Assembly (NCBI RefSeq): GCF_032191835.1 | Contig: NC_083225.1 | Coordinates: forward strand, 148,924,001 to 148,988,000 | DNA length: 64,000 nucleotides | From: Heteronotia binoei | Lineage: Eukaryota | Direction: 5' to 3' | Shown: piece by piece, positions 57,526 through 64,000 of the stretch | How the letters are laid out: each line of letters starts with the position of its first letter | How positions within the stretch are numbered: position 1 is the stretch's first letter | Position numbers and translations under genes: made by a program | Notes under the pieces: generated by a model | Seen by the model: the letters and a program-made list of their open reading frames with translations, nothing else | Database searches by the model: none | Told to the model about the DNA's origin: nothing

Positions 57526-58013
57526 ATGATTAATACGTCACCGTGGTCTGATACATGGAATCCATCCATAGTCCCTTGAAATACAATAGAGGTATAGAAC
57601 ACTCAAAATAGTAAACAATCATATTAAAATAATTCTTTGTATATGTTGATGGTAACATTCTACTTGAAAGCTTCATTCAATATATAGCCTATTGATGTGT
57701 ATGACTCATCTCCAGCTTTGTGAATACCCATCCTGCTGCCAGAAGTCTCTTAGATTTGGGGGCAGGATATTGCTCTAGCTGCAGCCCTGTTTATAAAATA
57801 TTTATCAACACCACATATACATACAGAATTGTTTGATTTTGGTTCTGCCTATTGTGCAAACTACACAGATCAATAATACCTACTTCCGGCAACCTTTTCA
57901 AAACCATCGCAACTCTTTGTTTCATTGCAAAAGGTACAGATCTAAGTTTTAAATACTGAAACGCACTGTTGGGCTTAATGTTTATTTTTGCAGTCATAGC
58001 AATCCATGTAATG
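57526..58013 (-). pseudogene. Fossil Gypsy/Ty3 RT N-terminal part
   Basis: AKINIKPN..RSVPFAMKQRV..LKRL..GII; FTKLEMSH; VTINIYKELF; IVFQGTMDG; DHGDVLII (degenerate YLDDILI). Confidence 0.7.
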
Positions 58014-58708
58014 TCCATGTTGAGGATTATTATAAAGGGAACTGTAAATAAAACAGCTCAACAGTATAATGCAAGTGTGTATAGATCTATGGTGAGGACT
58101 CATGATCACAGTATCTTAAAAAAGATACTGCATAATTTGAAAAAGTACAAAGGAGGACAACCAATATGTTTAAGGAAAGTTTTAAGAGTCTGGAACTTCT
58201 TAATTTAGAAAAAAAAGACAACTGGAGGATGTGATAGAGGTTTATAAAATTATGTATAAGGTTTTAAAATGTGGACAGAGAGAACTTTTTCTTCCTCTCC
58301 TATAATAGTAATACTTGGGGGTACTCAATGAAGTTGATGGGCAATAGCATCAGGAAAGACAAAAGGAAATACTTCTTCACTCAATGAGTAATGGTGGAAT
58401 TCACTGCTATTGTATGGGATCTAGGGATGGCCAAGATCATGGATGCCTTTAAAAAATGGATTACGCAGATTGTTGGAGGATACATCTATTAATGGCTACT
58501 AGCCATGGTAACTAAAAGGCACCCCCCCCCCATCTTTAGAAGTAGAAAGCCTCTGAAACCCAATCCTAGGTGGCAGCATCAAGGAGAAGATTTTGTCTCT
58601 GTGCCATTTGTTTGGTTTTCCAGGACAACTGCTTTGTCACTGAGTACAACAGTATGCTGGACCAGATGGCCAAACCACTGATCTGATACAGCAAGGTTTT
58701 TCTTATGT
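58014..58708 (+). mobile_element. Old CR1 3' end inserted into the Gypsy fossil
   Basis: MLRIIIKGTVNKTA..VYRSMVR; KYFFTQ; tail TTCTTATGT. Confidence 0.8.
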
Positions 58709-58715
58709 AGTAGTA

Positions 58716-59050
58716 CAATCAAATCAGGTAGTTCTTCCTTGAAAACGTCTTGATGGTTATTATTACATTTTCAATGGCCAAGCTACACATTTTGTCAGAA
58801 GTCATTGATCTGATAAGTGGATTTTTTCAAAGCCATCTTTTCCCGTAGCTCTGTTTCTCTCATTCAAATAGCACTCTCCCTTGATGTTCAATATGATAAC
58901 CTTTTTCTATTACCCCCACTGCAACTAATAACAGCTGGAGGAGGGAATTTACCCCCCCCCCACAGCACCATGGCCTGTTGGAGGAAGTACAGTCAGTTGG
59001 TAATATATAGTGTATCCCTGAGGCTTGTCCTTTTCCAATTCCTTTGTAAA
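58716..59050 (-). pseudogene. Fossil Gypsy protease-RT linker
   Basis: GKRWL*KNPL and HQDVFKEEL, resembling Gypsy GRNWLxKI and DVFKEELG; collinear with 57526-58013. Confidence 0.5.
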
Positions 59051-59274
59051 ATAAAATTAATTCCCTTGTGTCACCTTTGTATTATTTTTCTCTTCTCTTC
59101 CCACTAGTCTAACTCCTGTACACTGTTACTAACTGATTCATGACCAGGCCCTGTTTTAAAGCAGAGTCAAAGGTTAATAGTGGATTAGTTTTCTTAGTTT
59201 TTTCCCACCAGATTTCATGTATTAGCCTTTTCCTTCACATCATAGTTGCATCATAACTGCAATGCTGAAAGCTC

Positions 59275-59460
59275 ATGTGGAGTAGAAGTTGAAGGGTCAG
59301 ACTAGGATCTGGAAGACAGATTTAAATTGTCCTTGAATTAAATACCATGGGAGTTCACTGGGTGACTTTGAACCAGTCATTTTCTCTCAGTCTAATCCAC
59401 CTCACAGCATTGTCACTGTGAGGATAACATTAAGGCAGGAAGAACTATGTTGTAAGATGC
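59275..59460 (+). mobile_element. Old CORE/Squam3-related SINE remnant
   Basis: CTGGGTGACTTTGAACCAGTCA..CTCTCAGTCTAATCCACCTCACAG core. Confidence 0.5.
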
Positions 59461-61689
59461 TTTATGTCCCCATTGGGAGAAAAGCAAGGTAATAACTAAC
59501 AAAAAAAAGCAAATAATTTGCCACGTTGCCATGTACCCTTCTACCATTGCCCCCCAGACCTTCCTGATTGATTTACAGTTAATGATTCTATTATTTCACC
59601 TCAAGTTTGTGAAAATGGTTTGCCCACAGATTCACCAGTGCCTCAAAAAAAAATCTCTCTTTAAATGCATTAATATGTTTCTCATTTAAATCTAGGTGGA
59701 AGCCCCCGACCTACAGAACAGAATTGATTTCTTTTTTATCATCCTCACATAGCATTATCCTTCACAGCTGAAGAGTTAGTATTTTACAGCACTCTTCCCA
59801 GATTTGTCGCTGTGCATAAACTGTGAAAGAGTTCCAAGTATCTCTGAGTAGCTGCAGGTACTCACCAAATAAAACACACTGTCCTGCTATGTTTCCTTCA
59901 CTGAACCTATTTGTGTGTAAAGCTCTACTTTTGTCTCTGTGACTGGGTTCAGGTGAGATAACATGTTCCCATACATTCATGAACATGATTTCCTGCTGTG
60001 CTCATGCCACCCTTCTCACAACTTCCTCTTCCCTTCTCATGCAGAGTGCAAATAAGGATTCCTAGTCTGAGAGACACTCTGGTTCCCTGCAGCATATGAA
60101 TGCGGGCATCTAGATGAACTGGGGTATGTTATTGACCTCAGCCCAAGATGGTTTAATGGCTATAGTGTTTTGTGGAGTGCACACAAACTCCAGCTCAGCT
60201 GGATGCCTCTGTTAGTATATCCCAGAGAAGTGAAGTGTGTCTCTGGGTAAGAACTCTGGGGGAAAGTTACAAGCTCACTAAGAAAGTATGTTTTGTTCTG
60301 CTTGGTCACAAGCAAGCTACTACTCCAGAGTTCTATCTACCTGATAGGCACTACAAGAATGCAGGCAGGACAAAGGAAAACCAGCAAATCAGAAATTTAT
60401 CTTTGTGGTTGTTTATATATGTTAAAGCACCTATCTCACAGAGTTGTGATAGGATGGGATTTGGGATCAACATATGGCATTATGAGGATGGGTAGGACTC
60501 AACTATACAGAAGCAAAAGGCATCTAAAATTACTTCACAGAGATGTGAGGGTAAATTTGGAAATAGCTCATGTTCATTAAAGGAAAGAGGAATATAAATG
60601 TGAATAATATATTAAATACATAATACTGATTCTGAAAAGTTGCTGTGAGTCTGATGTCCAGTGGCATGATGTATGATTGACCAGAACCAAGCAACCTAAG
60701 AAAAGTGGGTGGGAAGCAGACACAGGGCCCTCCATCTTGCTTTGTGCCTACCTTACTGTTGTTTAGGTGCCTAATTAAAACATTTCTTTTTATCCAGGCT
60801 TTTAATTGAGGTATTCCATCTTTCTGAAACTGTTTTTATGATCCATTTCTAGACAAAAGACTACTTTATGGAAATTATTTTAGGCTTCTGAATCTTGAGG
60901 TTTTTTGCTGTTTTTATTGTTCTCATTCATTATCAATAACTTGTTTTAATGTTTTTTAAAAATATTAATGTCTTGTTGTTTTACGATTTTATTGTATTGT
61001 TTTTAGCTTCTGAGCTGCATGAAACACATTTCATACATGACATAGAAATAATAAACCAATTAGTTACAGTTTGCAACTGTAAATCAGAAAATCAGGACAC
61101 TATTTGGCACCCCTTTATTGACTGTAAGAAGCATGAACTCTAGAGATAAATGAATCATGGTATACATTCAGAAGTGGGGACATGTCTCGAAACAAGAAGC
61201 AGTTACAATCCAAGTGTAACTCTTTCTGTGGCAAAATTTTTAACGACTTTTTCCCTTAATGGTATAATTTATACCTACAGTATTTCTGGTATTTGGGGGT
61301 TTTTTTCTGTATTACTGGGTTGTATTATTCCATACCACTGGACTTGCAAATTTGTTTTCTTATGACCCGTTGGTCTGTGAGCACTAAGTGTAGAATAAAG
61401 GAAAAGAAAGGATTTTGTGTGCTGTATTTTCATCTATGTCTTTTTGACTTTTCTCACAGCTATCAAAAGGATTAACAAAAGGGAAAGGATAGAGAAAATA
61501 CACACAAAAACCTGTCAAGCAAGACTGTATTGACAATATACAAAACTGAACAAACTCAGCTGTTTTTCAGCTACTTCCTTGATGGGCCTAACAATTGCTT
61601 CATTCAAGGACTAGTTAATGAGAAAGGGTAGTAGTGCTACCATGGAAAGGACAACTCCTTAAAATACAGGATGAGCAGTTGCATGAAAT

Positions 61690-61885
61690 AAGGTTGCCAA
61701 GTCTGGCTTGGGAAATTCCTGAAGATTTAGGGGTAGAGCCTCAGGGTAGAGTTTGGGAAGGGGAGGGTCCTCAGAGGGGTATAATACCATGGAGCCCACC
61801 CTTAAAACTGCCCATTCTCCGCAGGGTAACTATTGTAATTCTGGGAGATCACCATGCTCCACCTGGAGGATGACAGTCCTGGCCA
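61690..61885. mobile_element. TAGGGTTGCCA-family MITE
   Basis: AGGTTGCCA start; family-typical interior. Confidence 0.6.
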
Positions 61886-63291
61886 TGGGTCTGCCAACTG
61901 ACACCTCCTCAGATGAAGAGGAGATGGAGAAAGCCACCCTCAGCCCTTGGATGCTTTGGGAAGACTTGCCAGACAAGGAGGAGACTTAATCAGATGCAGA
62001 GGGAGACTCCTGAGGTAAGGCCAGCACACTGTACCCTCAGCCCTACAGCCTGGGACCTGAAGCAGAAGCCCAACAGCCACCAGCCTCACTTCCAAGGTCA
62101 CTGGAGCCCTTGGAATGCTGATGGGGGGCCCAGAGAGAGGCACAGGACTGGCACTGTAGCATATTTTGCAATCCGCCTTAAGTTTCAGCTGGAAAGGTGA
62201 GCTATAAATGAAGTAAATAAATACATTTTACATTCAGAGTTTAGTCACTGTAAGGTGCAGTCAGGTCATTCAAGAAGTTTCTAGCTAGTCATTTTTTCTA
62301 TAACAGATTTCATATTAACAAAACCACAATAAAGACACAATAAATAATACCTCATAGTAATACATACTATTTCAGAAAGGTGAAGTAACTACTGCCTTTA
62401 CAAACTCTCCTTTTATCAGGTCTCTCCATGGAAATGCCATCCCACAAACTCTTCAAATATATACCCTCATAATCTCACTCTCTTGTCTATGTTTCCTTTC
62501 CCCCATTGTAAACCTCAAAGCATAAATTAATTTCATATATTTATTTATTGTGTCTTTATTGTGGTTTTGTTAATATGAAGTCTGCAAAATATTTCGGACA
62601 CTACAGAATATACAATAAACAATGCAATAACTAGGATTATAGAATTAGGCAACAATGCAAACAAAAAAAACCTGTCTATGGTCTGACATACCATAATGCA
62701 GAATATAGATTACAAAAGCAGACTTCAGTGACGTAAAAGGAAAGTGACACATCAAACATTGCAATAGACTACAATCCTATTCCATCATGAAGTGCCCTCC
62801 AGTCTCTTAAAGTTCTGATCACTTTATAGAAATGCTCTCCTGATTGTTATTTTTGCACATGAGATGTGGGAGCTAAGCTGACCAGTTGCCTGTACATGAC
62901 AACACTGCATCCTTGCACTTGCTTGACAGAGCAGCAGGGGAAGGGGGGAAACAGTGATATCACTTGCAGATGGTATCCTCAATAACCTAGGAGCTTTCCT
63001 AAATCTCTGTGAGTTTAATCATAGAGATTGCAGAAATTTCTAGAGGATTGCAGATACTGTGACATCATTTACAAGTGCTGACCCAGAAGTGACACCACAG
63101 TGCAGCTTCCCTTCCTGAGGCTCCATTCTCCAAACACTCCTGTGGGTTGCTAGCTGGGACATCATCAGCTGAGCATAATGTCATACAATCCATCCTCAAA
63201 GCAGCAATTTTCTCTAGGGAAATGGATCACTGTAGTCTAAAGATCAAGTATAATTCTGGGAGATCCCCAGGCCCCACCTGGAGGCTGGCAA

Positions 63292-63649
63292 TAGGGCTGC
63301 CAAACCTCCAGTGAGGGTGGGAATCCCCTGCGTGCACCTCTGGTTGCCTGCCACCACTCAGGAGAATGTTTTTAATGGCATCAGGAGTTTTTTTTTTGTT
63401 TTTTTAATGGCAGCATCACATATGACACTATAGCACTTCAGGTAAAAACCAGGAAGTGACATATGCTAGCTCAGGTATCACCAGAAACATTATGGTTTTA
63501 ACACAGAATTTTCAGTGATTCCTAGGGCTACCTGTCATAATTCTGGGTTTTTACAGGAAGTGACATCATCACACCTGTGACATTGCCCCTCTACAATGCC
63601 CATGCCCCCAGTGCTCCTGCTGGACATTAGGTTTAGCCTGGCAACCCTA
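63292..63649. mobile_element. TAGGGTTGCCA-family MITE (ETS/CRE subtype)
   Basis: TAGGGCTGCCA / TGGCAACCCTA termini; GGAAGTGACATCA inside. Confidence 0.7.
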
Positions 63650-63718
63650 GTCTAGCTAGCTCAGTGTGGTCATTTCTGACTGCCAGTGACTTTCAAGCAT
63701 TTCAAATAGTGAAAGAAC

Positions 63719-63926
63719 TAGGGTTGCCAAGTTTTATACCAAAATGCTAGATCAGTATGTCCAACAAATTGATGTCAGTTCCAGGTGACGTCATTGTGCC
63801 GGGCTCATTGGGTGCCATCGGAGCTTTTGGGGGGTGGGGGTCCCCTACCAGCCAATCCTGTGCTGATGGATTGTAGGCCCCAAGACTGGGGGAAAACCCA
63901 TCCCCAGCAGGAGGTTGGGAACCCTA
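63719..63926. mobile_element. TAGGGTTGCCA-family MITE
   Basis: TSD GAAAGAAC/GAGAGGAC (6/8); TGACGTCA at 63786. Confidence 0.7.
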
Positions 63927-64000
63927 GAGAGGACTTTCCAGCACCTGTTATCTGAGATTCCAAGGACAGAAATTGGGTATATCTGCATAAAATAATATTC

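Noticed and set aside
54753-58028. Plus-strand CR1 pieces at 53731-54770 and 58014-58708 as one element split with a TSD at MLRI
   Set aside because: Gypsy sequence is collinear across the 58014 piece (…FKEEL | AKINIKP…), so it is better explained as an independent insertion; the apparent duplication has several mismatches
60045-60123. Acceptor-donor pair, candidate exon (…YECGHLDELG)
   Set aside because: The full exon has stops in all frames; the shorter variant gives an unrecognised 10-aa peptide only
61460-61534. Acceptor followed by short frame AIKRINKRERIEK…LY*, possible terminal exon
   Set aside because: No homology recognised and no linked upstream exon

Overview
Vertebrate (squamate, most likely gecko; inferred from the SINE families) repeat-rich genomic DNA with two assembly gaps. 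I could not identify any host protein-coding exon with confidence, and all family names come from motif recognition, not database searches. The main structure is a defective class I (gamma-like) endogenous retrovirus at 17943-30206. It has paired LTRs, a tRNA-Gly primer site, gag-pro-pol and an ERV3/HERV-R-like env TM. It is hit by four nested insertions: a CR1 3' end, a solo LTR, and a non-autonomous L1-like element that itself contains a young RTE LINE. The window also holds the 5' part of an L1 (1-2408), a fossil Gypsy pol split in three by CR1 copies (52.1-59.1 kb), an RT-deleted CR1 with an esterase-type ORF1, L2 remnants, Squam3-like/Sauria/5S SINEs, solo LTRs, and many hAT-type (8-bp TSD) and PIF/Harbinger-type (3-bp TSD) MITEs. 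The most unusual items are: (1) a Charlie/OC1-like hAT carrying about 0.9 kb of CpG-island, first-exon-like cargo (Pack-type element); (2) a MITE containing an inverted copy of its own downstream flank; (3) a TSD-bounded L1-like element with an orphan ORF and no ORF2; (4) an in-frame integrase-Env fusion in the ERV; (5) several short local inverted duplications.
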